DNA of 64,000 nucleotides, taken from the IMG/VR virus record IMGVR_UViG_3300035667_000058, positions 2,111-66,110 of that record, one strand, 5' to 3'. This document shows positions 30,602 to 40,630 of the stretch, one piece after another (position 1 is the first letter of the stretch; the number at the start of each line of letters is the position of its first letter). Both the position numbers and the translations under genes were made by a program. The notes under the pieces are model-generated. The model was not told where the DNA came from. It worked only from the letters and a program-made list of their open reading frames with translations, and did not search any database. Origin of the DNA: a virus (taxonomy: Duplodnaviria > Caudoviricetes).

Positions 30602-32341
30602 GTGCTCGGCAGCTACCTACAAAGCGCCCTGTTGCGCCTCGACGGCTGGGAAAACGCGGTCACGGGGCTCGGCACCGCGCTCGACAAGACGGTTGCCGCC
30701 CTGTTCAGCCGCAACGGCGCTGCGGCCTATGGCGATGAGTACTTCGGGCAGCTCTACGAAGACGACCCGCTCGCGCGCCGCATCTGCGAAAAAATCCCCG
30801 ACGAGATGCTACGCGCCGGGTTTGACCTGCTCATGGGCGATGCGGACAACGCCCAGCAGCTTGCGACCAGCGTCCGCGACGCGCTCAAGGACCTGCACGC
30901 GATCGCGCGCGTCAAAGACGCACTCGTGTGGGAACGCGTGCACGGTGGCGGCGCGGTGTTTATCGGCGCCGAGGACGGGGTGGGCGATTCAGCGCTGCCG
31001 CTCGACGAAGAGCGCTTGCAAGCGATCACGCACCTGACGGTGATCGACAAGCCCACCATGGTTGCAAAGACATGGTATGGGCCGGCGGAGCGCGGCGCCG
31101 GCCGCCCTGCGACGTGGGAGATCACGCCGGTCGACGCTGGCGGCAGCGGCCCGATCGAGGTGCATGAAAGCAGGCTGCTGCTGTTTCCAGGCGGTCGCGT
31201 CACGCACAAGCGCCGGATCGAGCTCAGGGGGTGGGGGCAGAGCACTCTGCGCGCGATTCACGACGCGCTGCGCGATTACAACATGAGCTGGGCCGGCGTG
31301 TCGCACATGCTGCAATCGGCCAATCAAGATGTCTGGTACATGGACGGTCTGAAGAACGCGCTCGCGAGCGGCAGCGCGGGCATGCGCGAGTTTTTCAGCG
31401 CGCGCTTTGCGATGGCCCAACAGAAGATGGGCCCCAACCATGCGATCGCGCTGGATTCTGAGCGCGAGAAATTCGAGCGTCACCCGTCGACGCTCACGGG
31501 CATCCCTGAGACGCTGCAGCAGGTCTGTCTGCGCATGAGCGCGATCAGCGACATGCCCCTGACGGTGCTGTTCGGCATGAGTCCCGCGGGGATGAACGCG
31601 ACCGGCGAAAGCGACCTGCAAATCTGGCACTCGGCCGTCGGCGCGATGCAGGGCGAGAAGCTGCAGCCGGCGCTCGAGCGCTTGATCCGCTTGCTGATGA
31701 TCAGCGACAAGGGGCCCACGGGCGGCGAAGAAATCGAAGGCTGGTCGATCCGGTTTCGCGCGCTGCGCACGCTCAGCGAAATCGAGCAAGCGGACCTGCG
31801 GGCCAAGCAGGCGGGTACCGATAAGCTGTACGTGGACATGACGGCGCTGTTGCCCGAAGAGGTCGCGACCAACCGGTTCCGGCCCGAGGGCTTCTCGACT
31901 GCTACCAGCATCGATCTCGACGTGCGCAAGCAGATCATGGCAGCCGAGTTGCAGCGCATGGACGAGCCTGACGATCCCGCGAAGGATGACAGCGCCGCGG
32001 GTGACCCCGCACCTGACGGCGGGGCGCCTGCGGGGGGCGACACCACCACCGTGGCCGACACGGCGATGAACGGTGCGCAGGTGGCGTCGTTGCTCGAGGT
32101 GATCCAGGCCGTCGCGGCAGAGACCATCCCGCGCGCAACGGGCGTGCAGCTGCTCATTCGCGCATTCCAACTCACCGCTGAGCAAGCCGAGTTGCTCATG
32201 GGCGACGTGGGCAGGGGCTTCGAACCCAAAAAACCGGCCGCCCCGCAGGCATTTGGCGGCCTGCCAAAGCCGCCCGTGCCACCCGAACCCGACCCGGCCA
32301 CCACGCCGCCCCCACCAAACACCACCAAGCCCAAGCCGTGA
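30602..32341 (+). CDS. Portal protein (DUF1073 family)
   Basis: DGWENAVTGLG, MPLTVLFGMSPAGMNATGESD. Confidence 0.9.
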   Translation: MLGSYLQSALLRLDGWENAVTGLGTALDKTVAALFSRNGAAAYGDEYFGQLYEDDPLARRICEKIPDEMLRAGFDLLMGDADNAQQLATSVRDALKDLHAIARVKDALVWERVHGGGAVFIGAEDGVGDSALPLDEERLQAITHLTVIDKPTMVAKTWYGPAERGAGRPATWEITPVDAGGSGPIEVHESRLLLFPGGRVTHKRRIELRGWGQSTLRAIHDALRDYNMSWAGVSHMLQSANQDVWYMDGLKNALASGSAGMREFFSARFAMAQQKMGPNHAIALDSEREKFERHPSTLTGIPETLQQVCLRMSAISDMPLTVLFGMSPAGMNATGESDLQIWHSAVGAMQGEKLQPALERLIRLLMISDKGPTGGEEIEGWSIRFRALRTLSEIEQADLRAKQAGTDKLYVDMTALLPEEVATNRFRPEGFSTATSIDLDVRKQIMAAELQRMDEPDDPAKDDSAAGDPAPDGGAPAGGDTTTVADTAMNGAQVASLLEVIQAVAAETIPRATGVQLLIRAFQLTAEQAELLMGDVGRGFEPKKPAAPQAFGGLPKPPVPPEPDPATTPPPPNTTKPKP

Positions 32342-33222
32342 GCGCGGCGTCGCAACGCACCATTGCCGAGTTGCGGGTGCGTCGCATGATGGCGCAGCTC
32401 GCCGGACGCAAGCAGCGCAGAGCCCGCCGCAAGATACCCGAGCAGGGCTACCCGCGTGCATCGCAGCTCGCGTACTTCCAGCTGTGTAAGCGCGTGATTG
32501 CGGACTTGGCGGGGCTCATCACTGCCGAGGTGCTGCCACAGCTGCCTGCGCTGCTCGCGCAAATTCGTGTGCTGCACCCGACGCGTACGCTTCGTACAGA
32601 TGCCGCCGACGATATCGATTCCGCGTTCCCCAGCGCAGCACGCGTGCTGTTCGACTTGCCCGTGGACCTCATGGAGATCGCTCGCAGCGTCAGCGTGTTC
32701 AACCGCCGCGCACTGCTCAAGCAGGTGCATGCCGGGCTCGGGATCGATCTGCTGGCGGGCGAGCCGTACCTCGCAAACCACCTTGAGCTGTTCGTCGCGG
32801 ACAACGTGCGGCTCATCACTTCAGTCGCAGAAACGCACATGGACACCATCCGCGGGATCGTCATGCGCGCAGCGCGCGAGGGCACGCGGGCATCCGACGC
32901 GGCAAAGGAAATCGCAGCACGGACAGACGTCTCTGAGTCACGTGCGCAGCTGATCGCGCGCGACCAGATCGGCTCGCTCAACGGCGAACTCACGCAGCTA
33001 CGTCAAGAGAGCCTGGGAATCGAGCGTTACACGTGGGTCACATCGCGTGACGAGCGGGTGCGCGACGACCATGCCGAGCTCGATGGGACCACTCAAAGCT
33101 GGGACGATCCGCCGGTCGTGAACCAGAAGACAGGTCGCACCGGGCACCCGGGCCAGGACATCAACTGCAGGTGTACAGCAAGCCCAGTGGTCGATGACCT
33201 TCTCGAAGCACTGGGCGCGTAG
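32338..33222 (+). CDS. Minor head protein (SPP1 gp7 / Mu F family)
   Basis: LIARDQ, WVTSRDERVRDDH, HPGQDINCRC. Confidence 0.9.
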   Translation: MSAASQRTIAELRVRRMMAQLAGRKQRRARRKIPEQGYPRASQLAYFQLCKRVIADLAGLITAEVLPQLPALLAQIRVLHPTRTLRTDAADDIDSAFPSAARVLFDLPVDLMEIARSVSVFNRRALLKQVHAGLGIDLLAGEPYLANHLELFVADNVRLITSVAETHMDTIRGIVMRAAREGTRASDAAKEIAARTDVSESRAQLIARDQIGSLNGELTQLRQESLGIERYTWVTSRDERVRDDHAELDGTTQSWDDPPVVNQKTGRTGHPGQDINCRCTASPVVDDLLEALGA

Positions 33223-33266
33223 CCCATGGCGCAGCTCTTGCCAGCCACTGCCGCGCCGTTAGACGT

Positions 33267-34832
33267 GTGCAGGTGTCAATGCCCGCGCGTGAGCGCCCTA
33301 CCGGCAGTGTGTTGCGCTTGGACTTCGCGCCGATCCGCGGCGCGCGGGTAACACCGCAGGGGTTTTTGCGGCTCGACGCGTCGCTAGGCCGCACGGGCGT
33401 GCTCACGTATCAGACCCCCGATGGGCCGCGCCGTGAGCTGCGCTTGCCCGAAGAAGTGTTCAAGGCCGATTCGCTCGCAAGTGCGATGGGCGCAGTGGTC
33501 ACCGACCTGCACCCGCCGCGCGAAGACGCATTCATCACCACGCAGAACTACCGCAAGTGGGGCGTGGGGTATGTCGGCGACGACGTGCGCCAGGACGGCA
33601 ACCTCGTGCGCGCCAGCATCGTCATTCAGGACCAGGCCGTTCAGGAGATGATCCTCGCGGGCAAACGCCGCGAGATCAGCCCCGGCTACATGTGCCGGCT
33701 GGACCCCACAGCAGGCCGGTACGACGGCATCGAGTACGACGCGGTTCAACGCGATATCGTGGTGAACTCTGTTGGGCTCGGGCCGAGCAACTGGGGCCGG
33801 CAGGGCAGCGAAGTCGCGTTGCGGCTCGACAGCTTCGATGCCACGGCTGCGATCGGCCAATACGGCAGCAACACGGCGTTGGGCGACTTCGTGCGCACCA
33901 CCATGCTTGCGCGCGGGATGACCGTCACCCAACTCGCCGAGCAGACGGGCATCATCGCGCCCAAGCCCAAAGAAGAGTCACCCTTGCTGCGCGTCGGATC
34001 GCTCGTCGACCGCTCATACATCTTGCGCGAGATCCTCGAAGGCTGGACACCGCGGCCGAGTGACGAGCAGCTCAAGGCGCTTGCCAAGGTGCTCGATTGC
34101 ACGCTTACGCAGCTGCTGGACCTCATACCCGAAGAGCTGCGCGCTGATTCGCGCACGAGCGCACGCACTGTTGCAAACGCAGGCGTTGTAGACGCCGGCA
34201 AAGAACCGCTTATACGCGATCACGTTGACCCGACAACGGGCAAGGCGACCCAGAAGAAGAGGCCATGCATGGATCCAATCGAGATACGGCTAGACGGACT
34301 CACGATCTCGCTGCCCAAGCACGAGGCCGAGGTTGTGCAAAAGGCGGTGGGCGAGCGCGACGCAAAGATCAAGGCGCACACGGCCGAGCAGAGCACGTTG
34401 CAGGCCAAGCTCGACGGGCTGACCGAGCAGCACGCCAAGGCCAAGAAAGACTTGGCCGAGCTGCCCGAGAAGCTGCGCACGGAGATGAGCGCGCGGGCTG
34501 ACCTGCTGGGCCATGCACGCCGGGTGCTCGGGCCGGATATCAAGCTCGACGGCAAGACCGATCGGCAGGTGCGCGAGGAGGTGCTCAAAAAGCTTTCTCC
34601 CAACGTGGTGCTCGACGCCAAGGACGACACCTACATCGCAGTGCGTTTCGACGTCGCACTCGAGGGCTTCAAAGAGCCCAGCGCCAGCGAAAAGGTGCGC
34701 GCAGCAGTGACCGGCGGCACCGATCCCAAGGTTGCGCGCACCGATGCCAAGGACGATCCCGATCCGGCCAAGGCACGCGCCGAGATGGTCGAGCGCAACC
34801 ACAACGCGTGGAACACCAAGCCGGCGAACTGA
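33267..34832 (+). CDS. DUF2213 prohead protease/scaffold with internal XRE-HTH insert
   Basis: TPQGFL, RTGVLTY, PEEVF, VTDLHP, EISPGY, QRDI; coiled-coil C-terminal half. Confidence 0.85.
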   Translation: MQVSMPARERPTGSVLRLDFAPIRGARVTPQGFLRLDASLGRTGVLTYQTPDGPRRELRLPEEVFKADSLASAMGAVVTDLHPPREDAFITTQNYRKWGVGYVGDDVRQDGNLVRASIVIQDQAVQEMILAGKRREISPGYMCRLDPTAGRYDGIEYDAVQRDIVVNSVGLGPSNWGRQGSEVALRLDSFDATAAIGQYGSNTALGDFVRTTMLARGMTVTQLAEQTGIIAPKPKEESPLLRVGSLVDRSYILREILEGWTPRPSDEQLKALAKVLDCTLTQLLDLIPEELRADSRTSARTVANAGVVDAGKEPLIRDHVDPTTGKATQKKRPCMDPIEIRLDGLTISLPKHEAEVVQKAVGERDAKIKAHTAEQSTLQAKLDGLTEQHAKAKKDLAELPEKLRTEMSARADLLGHARRVLGPDIKLDGKTDRQVREEVLKKLSPNVVLDAKDDTYIAVRFDVALEGFKEPSASEKVRAAVTGGTDPKVARTDAKDDPDPAKARAEMVERNHNAWNTKPAN

Positions 34833-34877
34833 CGCCCGCCAGCAACCCCAAGCACGAAAGAAACGGGCCCCACCACC

Positions 34878-35648
34878 ATGCAAACGACCTTCCCACTGCG
34901 CCCCCTGCGCGCCTTCGCTGGCATGCACGCCGACACCTACCCGTCAGCGTTCATTAGCCGCGCGCTGTCGACGCGTCAGCTCGTGGAGCTGACCTTCGGC
35001 ACGGCCGATGGCACGTACACCGTGACCATCAACGGCGTCGAAGTCGCAAACTTTGTGGCTGCGACCAAGACCGCCACGCAGATCCGCGACGCCATCGCGG
35101 CCGACCTCGCTGCGAGCGCCGCGCCGGTGATCGCGACCCCGAGCAGCACCAACAAGCTGCTGCTCGAAAACGCCGGTTACGAAGCCGCGTTCACCATCGC
35201 GATTCCCACCATCGCGGGTTACACCAGCAGTCAGACAGTACCGCAGGGCCAAGTCGCGCCGTTCGGCGCGGGCGTGGTACGCGACGACGGTGCGGCCGTC
35301 AGCGGCAAGCAGTGCCGGCTGCCACGCTTGGCCGCCGATGTGACGTTGGGCGGGTTCCTCGGAGTGCTCGCAAGCAATACGGCCAAGATGCCGGCCAACG
35401 GCTGGCCCGACAAGTCCATGCCCGACATCATGCGCGCCGGGCACATCTACGTACTGGTCGAAGGCACGGGCATCGAAGGCGCGGGGCTGTTCATGCGCTT
35501 CGCGACCGGCGCCGGCGGCAGCCAGCTCGGCGCGTTCCGCGGCGATGCCGACAGCGGCACCGCAGTCGCAGTGCCCGGCATGCGCGCACTCGAGACATGG
35601 ACCACGGGCGGCATCGTGCTCGCCGAGCTCCAGCCGCAAACGGCCTGA
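34878..35648 (+). CDS. Capsid decoration/cement protein
   Basis: APFGAGVVR, IMRAGHIYV; between scaffold and capsid genes. Confidence 0.7.
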   Translation: MQTTFPLRPLRAFAGMHADTYPSAFISRALSTRQLVELTFGTADGTYTVTINGVEVANFVAATKTATQIRDAIAADLAASAAPVIATPSSTNKLLLENAGYEAAFTIAIPTIAGYTSSQTVPQGQVAPFGAGVVRDDGAAVSGKQCRLPRLAADVTLGGFLGVLASNTAKMPANGWPDKSMPDIMRAGHIYVLVEGTGIEGAGLFMRFATGAGGSQLGAFRGDADSGTAVAVPGMRALETWTTGGIVLAELQPQTA

Positions 35649-35687
35649 CAGCCGCCGGACGCGTAACGAAAAAGGAAATCCAGTCAC

Positions 35688-36653
35688 ATGCTCGACGAAC
35701 GGCGACAGCAAGACCTACTGGCCATGAAGGCGGCTTTATGCAGCCTCAACCTCGACGCGAATGAGACGGCGATGCTCGATCGCCAACTCAAGTACGTCGA
35801 GACCACCATCTACAAAGTGCAGTACCCGGATTTGCGGCACAGGCAATACATTCCGCAGGACGGCAGCACGCCCGCGGGCGCGGACTCGATTCTGTATCGG
35901 CAGTTCGACACCGTGCGCAACGCGAAGATGATCAGCGACTTCGCTGATGATCTTCCCTTTGCAGACGTCATCCAACGAGAGTTCCCCATCCCGATCAAGC
36001 CGCTCGGCAGCGCGTACAAGTACAGCCTGCGCGACCTGCAGCACGCGGCATTCAGCGGCGTGCCGCTCGATACGCTGCGCGCGTCCGCTGCGCGCGACTC
36101 GATCGAGTACGAGCTCGACGACATTGCGTGCTTTGGCCGTCCGGAGGTCGGGTTGCTCGGCCTGGTCAACAACCCCAACGTGGACGTCATCTCGGTGGGC
36201 ACCGGCGTCGGCGGCAACACATGGGCGCTCAAGACGGCGCTGGAGATCATCGCGGACCTCGCGCGGCTCAACAGCTACATCGTCACCAAGACGAACCAAA
36301 TCTACCGGGCTAACACGATCCTGATGGGAACGGCGCTGTTCGAGAAGCTCAGCAGCATGCCGTTTTCGAACCTCAGCGACCGCACCGTCATCGAGTGGTT
36401 CCGATCGAACAACCCGGGCATCACCATCGATGGCTGGCACCGGCTGAGCACCGCGAACGCAGCCGGCACCGGCCCGCGCGTGGTGGCGTACCTGCGCGAT
36501 CCGCGCGTGCTTCAAGAAAAGATCCCGATGGAGTTCACGCAACTTCCGCCCCAGCCCAAGGGCCTGGCGTTCGTCATCAACACATGGGCGCTCACTGCAG
36601 GCGTGCACGTGTATCAGCCCGGCGCGATGGTCTACATGGACGGCGCGGCGTAG
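35688..36653 (+). CDS. Major capsid protein (DUF2184)
   Basis: RQLKYVE, GLVNNPNV, AGVHVYQPGAMVYMDG. Confidence 0.9.
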   Translation: MLDERRQQDLLAMKAALCSLNLDANETAMLDRQLKYVETTIYKVQYPDLRHRQYIPQDGSTPAGADSILYRQFDTVRNAKMISDFADDLPFADVIQREFPIPIKPLGSAYKYSLRDLQHAAFSGVPLDTLRASAARDSIEYELDDIACFGRPEVGLLGLVNNPNVDVISVGTGVGGNTWALKTALEIIADLARLNSYIVTKTNQIYRANTILMGTALFEKLSSMPFSNLSDRTVIEWFRSNNPGITIDGWHRLSTANAAGTGPRVVAYLRDPRVLQEKIPMEFTQLPPQPKGLAFVINTWALTAGVHVYQPGAMVYMDGAA

Positions 36654-36702
36654 GAGCGCTGACGACAGGTCTTTTTTACCCGACGGGAGGGCGAGTTTAG
36701 TC

Positions 36703-37083
36703 ATGGCGGTGATCTTCAACAAACGGCTGCACAACCTGGTCGTCGGCGACACGACGCTCGCGCCAGGCGAGAACACGGTCGATGACGCGTTGTGGGGCAA
36801 GCTCAATACCAAGGGTAGCCAGGTCGAGAGTTGGCTGCGCTTGAACTGGCTCGGCGAAAAGCGCAGCTTGCCGCTGGCCAAGGGCGAGCAGCCCAAGCAG
36901 ACCGGCTCTGCCAAGGGCGGTGCGGTGTTCGCGGCCCCCACGGTCGATGGCCCGGTCTCCGAAGCGGGTGGCGGCCCGGCCGGTGGTCCGGCGAGCAAGG
37001 CGGGCAACGACGAGACGGTGGTGCGCGAGGGCGGCCCGGCAGTCATCCCCGACGGCAGCAACCACCCACGCCGCGGCCGGTAG
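36703..37083 (+). CDS. Hypothetical virion-associated protein
   Basis: TLAPGENTV; located after the capsid gene. Confidence 0.5.
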   Translation: MAVIFNKRLHNLVVGDTTLAPGENTVDDALWGKLNTKGSQVESWLRLNWLGEKRSLPLAKGEQPKQTGSAKGGAVFAAPTVDGPVSEAGGGPAGGPASKAGNDETVVREGGPAVIPDGSNHPRRGR

Positions 37084-37092
37084 GCCCGGCGC

Positions 37093-37395
37093 ATGGCGGC
37101 TGCGTACCAAGCCTTTATCGACCGCTGGCCGCATTTCAAAGCGGACAAGCCCGCCGAGCAGGCCGCGCGGCAGGCGCTCATCGAGAGCGAACTCGGCTAC
37201 GCTAGCAAGCAGGTCAACGTCGAGTACTGGGGCGAGCAGACGACCGATGCGGTGATGCTGCTGGCGGCACACCGGATTGCGACGCAGCCCGGCGGCCAGT
37301 TCTCGCGCCTGCAAAACAAGTCGGGCGGCACCGCGTATCTCGAGGAGTACACGCGCATGGAAAAGCGGCTGCTGATCGGCGATCGGGTGTTCTGA
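37093..37395 (+). CDS. Head-tail adaptor (DUF4054-like)
   Basis: F..RWPHF, MLLAAHRI, TAYLEEY. Confidence 0.7.
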   Translation: MAAAYQAFIDRWPHFKADKPAEQAARQALIESELGYASKQVNVEYWGEQTTDAVMLLAAHRIATQPGGQFSRLQNKSGGTAYLEEYTRMEKRLLIGDRVF

Positions 37396-37397
37396 CC

Positions 37398-37880
37398 ATG
37401 ACGAGCAGCCTGCACGATATCGACAAGGGCTTTCGCCACATCGTGCACTCCATGGCGGTTGCAGCGGGTAGCCCCGACGCGCACGTGGTGGTGGGCTGGC
37501 CTGAGCGCACGGCAGGCTCGCCGCGCACGGACGGCAGCGGGATGACCAACGCTGCCATAGCGGCCGTGCACGAGTACGGCGCGCCAGCCCGCGGCATTCC
37601 CGAGCGCAGCATGCTGCGCGGCACCGCCGACGCCAACCAAGCCAGGTACATCGAGATGACGCGGCTGATCGCGCGCGGTGTGGCAGAGGGCCGCGCGAGC
37701 CTGCGCCAAGGGCTTGACCTGCTCGGTGTGACGTTCAAGGGGGACATGCAGAGCCGCATCAGCGACGGCATCGCTCCGCCCAATTCCCCGGCAACGATCA
37801 AGCGCAAGGGCAGTAGCACCCCGCTCATTGCCAGCGGCCAGATGCGCCAATCGATCGATCACGAAGTGCGTGGGTGCTGA
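37398..37880 (+). CDS. Neck protein (HK97 gp10-like)
   Basis: AAVHEYG, IPERSMLR, PPNSPATIKRKGSSTPLIASG. Confidence 0.8.
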   Translation: MTSSLHDIDKGFRHIVHSMAVAAGSPDAHVVVGWPERTAGSPRTDGSGMTNAAIAAVHEYGAPARGIPERSMLRGTADANQARYIEMTRLIARGVAEGRASLRQGLDLLGVTFKGDMQSRISDGIAPPNSPATIKRKGSSTPLIASGQMRQSIDHEVRGC

Positions 37881-37884
37881 TGGC

Positions 37885-38868
37885 ATGATGATCATCGATG
37901 ATGACGCGGGCGAGCAGCTACGCGCGTGGCTCGCTGCGCGCGTTGACCGCACCGTCATGTGGATGGACCAGCCCGATCGGTACCTGCCTGATGACTACCT
38001 GATATTGGGCGTGCTCGACATCGCCAAGCGCGGTCAAGACGGGGTGCGCTACGCGCTCGACGTGGGCACGGGCAAGCTCGTGCCCACTGTGGTGGGGCAG
38101 CGCGAATTCACCTTGCGCGTTGAGGCCCGCGCATGGAGCCAGGAGCTCAGCCAAACGGCCGGGAGCATGCTCTTGCCGCTGCAGGCGGCGCTCTGCATGC
38201 CAGCGGCCGAGCAGCTCTTCAACGCGCTCAATATCGGGCTCATTGGGTCGGGTCCGGTGCACACGGTGGATGTGATCGTGGACGAGCGGGCGCAAAGCCG
38301 TGCCGTCATGGACATCCGCTTTGCCACCTCTATACAGCTGACTGACGCCAATGATGCGCAGGACTACATCGCTTCGGTCGAGTACGTGGCAACGCTGTCC
38401 GGCGGTGGCAGCGGTGACACGGCGATCGATGACAGCGTTTGGGACGCCGCCATGACCGCGCAGCTTGCCGAGCTGATCTCGCGGGTGACAGTGCTCGAGG
38501 CGCAGGTTGCGGCCGGGGTGGACCCAGCGCTACTCGACCGCATCGCGGTCCTCGAAGGGCAGGCACCGGGGCCGCTCGCGATTGCGTGGTTCAACCCATT
38601 TACCGAGAGCGTGCACGCGCAGATGGGGTCGCTGTTCGAGGGCATCACGCGCGTTAGCGCGGGCGTCTACGAAATCGCAATGACGGTATTTTTCCCCAAC
38701 AGCGATCGGTATGCGGGCGTGCTGCTCAGCGCGCTCGATGTCAGCCCGCGGATCATGGCGTTCGCCATCAGCGGCAGCACCCTCACCGTGCGCTCATGGG
38801 ACGCAGCCGGCGCGCTGATCGACACCGCGTTTGTCGCGGCCCTATTCACGCCGTACCCGCAAGGATGA
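37885..38868 (+). CDS. Tail completion/terminator protein with C-terminal extension
   Basis: Position before sheath; GQREFTLRVE..RAVMDIRF core plus about 140 extra residues. Confidence 0.6.
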   Translation: MMIIDDDAGEQLRAWLAARVDRTVMWMDQPDRYLPDDYLILGVLDIAKRGQDGVRYALDVGTGKLVPTVVGQREFTLRVEARAWSQELSQTAGSMLLPLQAALCMPAAEQLFNALNIGLIGSGPVHTVDVIVDERAQSRAVMDIRFATSIQLTDANDAQDYIASVEYVATLSGGGSGDTAIDDSVWDAAMTAQLAELISRVTVLEAQVAAGVDPALLDRIAVLEGQAPGPLAIAWFNPFTESVHAQMGSLFEGITRVSAGVYEIAMTVFFPNSDRYAGVLLSALDVSPRIMAFAISGSTLTVRSWDAAGALIDTAFVAALFTPYPQG

Positions 38869-38872
38869 GGCC

Positions 38873-40189
38873 ATGTCGCTAGATTCCATCGTCAACGTCA
38901 TCATCAACAGCACCGCGGTCAACCTCAGCCGCGCGGGCTTTGGCAACATGGCGCTGTGCGCTTGCCACGCCTTCTGGCCCGAGCGCGTCAAGCGCTTCGG
39001 CAGCGGCATCTTGACCGAGTTGGCGGACCTTGCGGTTCCGATCACCCACCCGCTGTACCTGATGGCGAGCGCCGCGCGCGCGCAGAACCCCGCCACCAAA
39101 GACTTCTACGTGCTGCGCCGCACGCGGCTGCCCAGCCAGGTTTGGGAGTTCACGCCCGCCACGCCCATGGCGGGCGAGGTGTACGCGATGACGGTGGACG
39201 GCACGCTGATCGAGGTGACCGCGGGGGCATCGCCGACCGTAGCCAGTATCGTTGCCGCGCTGACCGCTGCGTTGGCCGCTTTGGCCGACAGCACAGCAAC
39301 CGACGGCACCACCAAGACCACCTTCACCGCGACCACCCCGGGCGCGCTGCACTCGCTGACGGGTGTGACCGGCAACATCGCGTTTGCCGACCTGACGACC
39401 AACCCGACCGGCGGCGGTATCGCGCAGGACCTCACAGACGCGAACAACGTAAATAGCGGCTGGTACGGGTTGCAGATCGACAGCCAGAGCAAGCCCGAGA
39501 TATTGGCTGCGGCCGCATGGGTCGAAGCCAATAAAAAGCTCTTCGTGCCCGCATCCGCGGATGCGGCTTGCAAAGACCCAGCGTCCACGACGGACGTGAT
39601 GGCGCTGGTGGACGCAGCGAACTACGCGCGCACTGCCGTCATCTATCACCCTAGCCCTAGCCACTATGCCGGCGCGCGCTGGATGGGCAAGCAGTTCCCC
39701 AAGCCCGCGGGCTCGACCAACTGGGCACACCAGCAGCTCTCGGCCGAGGCGTACGCGCTGACCGGCGCGGAGATCGCAGCCATCGAAGACAAGTCGGGCA
39801 ACTTCTTCATCACCAACAACTCGCTGAGCACCACGTTTTGGGGCACGTCGGGCGCGGGCGAGTGGATCGACACCACGCACTTTTGCGACTGGATGCGCGC
39901 CCGCACCCAGGAGCGCTACTTCGCGCTGCTCGTGGGGCTCGAAAAGCTGCCGTACACCCAGGCCGGACTCGAAGCGGCCGGCGCCGAGTTGCACGCGCAG
40001 TTTCTCGAGGGCGTAGCAGCGGGCGGCATCGACGGCGATAGCCCGATCGTGATCGAGGTGCCCAACCTCGCCGACATCGATCCGGCGGACAAAGCCGGCC
40101 GCAACCTGCCGGGCATACGCGGCAGCGCGCGGCTCGCGGGGGCCGTCAACACCATCGACCCGCTGACGATCACCCTGACGCTCGACTGA
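38873..40189 (+). CDS. Tail sheath (DUF3383)
   Basis: SIVNVII..RAGFG, GSTNWAHQ, GEWID..DW, KLPYT, LAGAV. Confidence 0.9.
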   Translation: MSLDSIVNVIINSTAVNLSRAGFGNMALCACHAFWPERVKRFGSGILTELADLAVPITHPLYLMASAARAQNPATKDFYVLRRTRLPSQVWEFTPATPMAGEVYAMTVDGTLIEVTAGASPTVASIVAALTAALAALADSTATDGTTKTTFTATTPGALHSLTGVTGNIAFADLTTNPTGGGIAQDLTDANNVNSGWYGLQIDSQSKPEILAAAAWVEANKKLFVPASADAACKDPASTTDVMALVDAANYARTAVIYHPSPSHYAGARWMGKQFPKPAGSTNWAHQQLSAEAYALTGAEIAAIEDKSGNFFITNNSLSTTFWGTSGAGEWIDTTHFCDWMRARTQERYFALLVGLEKLPYTQAGLEAAGAELHAQFLEGVAAGGIDGDSPIVIEVPNLADIDPADKAGRNLPGIRGSARLAGAVNTIDPLTITLTLD

Positions 40190-40195
40190 GGCACC

Positions 40196-40630
40196 ATGGC
40201 AAAAACCTACAACGCGAATCAGGTGATTGTGACGTTCGCTGGCATCGAGATGAAAGAGCTCGGCGAAGACGAGTTCGTGCGCATCAAGCGCAATAAGCCC
40301 GCGTACGAGCTCACCATGTCGGTGGACGGCAAGGGCGTGCGCGAGCAGAACAACGATGCGAGCGCTCAAATCGACGTCATCTTGCTGCACACCAGCATCG
40401 TCAATGCGCAGCTGACCGTGCTGCATGACCTCGACAAGGTCAGCAAAAACGGCTCGGGCCAGGCCGTGCTGAAGATCATCGACCTCAACAGCAACGCCAA
40501 GACGGAGTTGCACTTGGCACCGTCGGCATGGATCCGGGAAGAGCCCGAGGTCACGTTCGCCCGCGGCGTCAAAGAGAAGATCTGGAAGTTCGAGACCGAC
40601 AAACTCGTGAGCTTCCACGGCGGTCACTGA
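40196..40630 (+). CDS. Tail tube (DUF3277-like)
   Basis: KTYN..QV.VTFAG, AWIREEP, KIWKFET. Confidence 0.8.
   Translation: MAKTYNANQVIVTFAGIEMKELGEDEFVRIKRNKPAYELTMSVDGKGVREQNNDASAQIDVILLHTSIVNAQLTVLHDLDKVSKNGSGQAVLKIIDLNSNAKTELHLAPSAWIREEPEVTFARGVKEKIWKFETDKLVSFHGGH

Noticed and set aside
30602-32341. Anti-CBASS Acb1 call for the DUF1073 gene
   Set aside because: No 2H phosphoesterase HxT motif pair recognised; position and motifs fit a portal
30588-34195. TAGACG before portal, protease and internal scaffold start as a late-promoter motif
   Set aside because: Too short and also present elsewhere; cannot be separated from chance without counting
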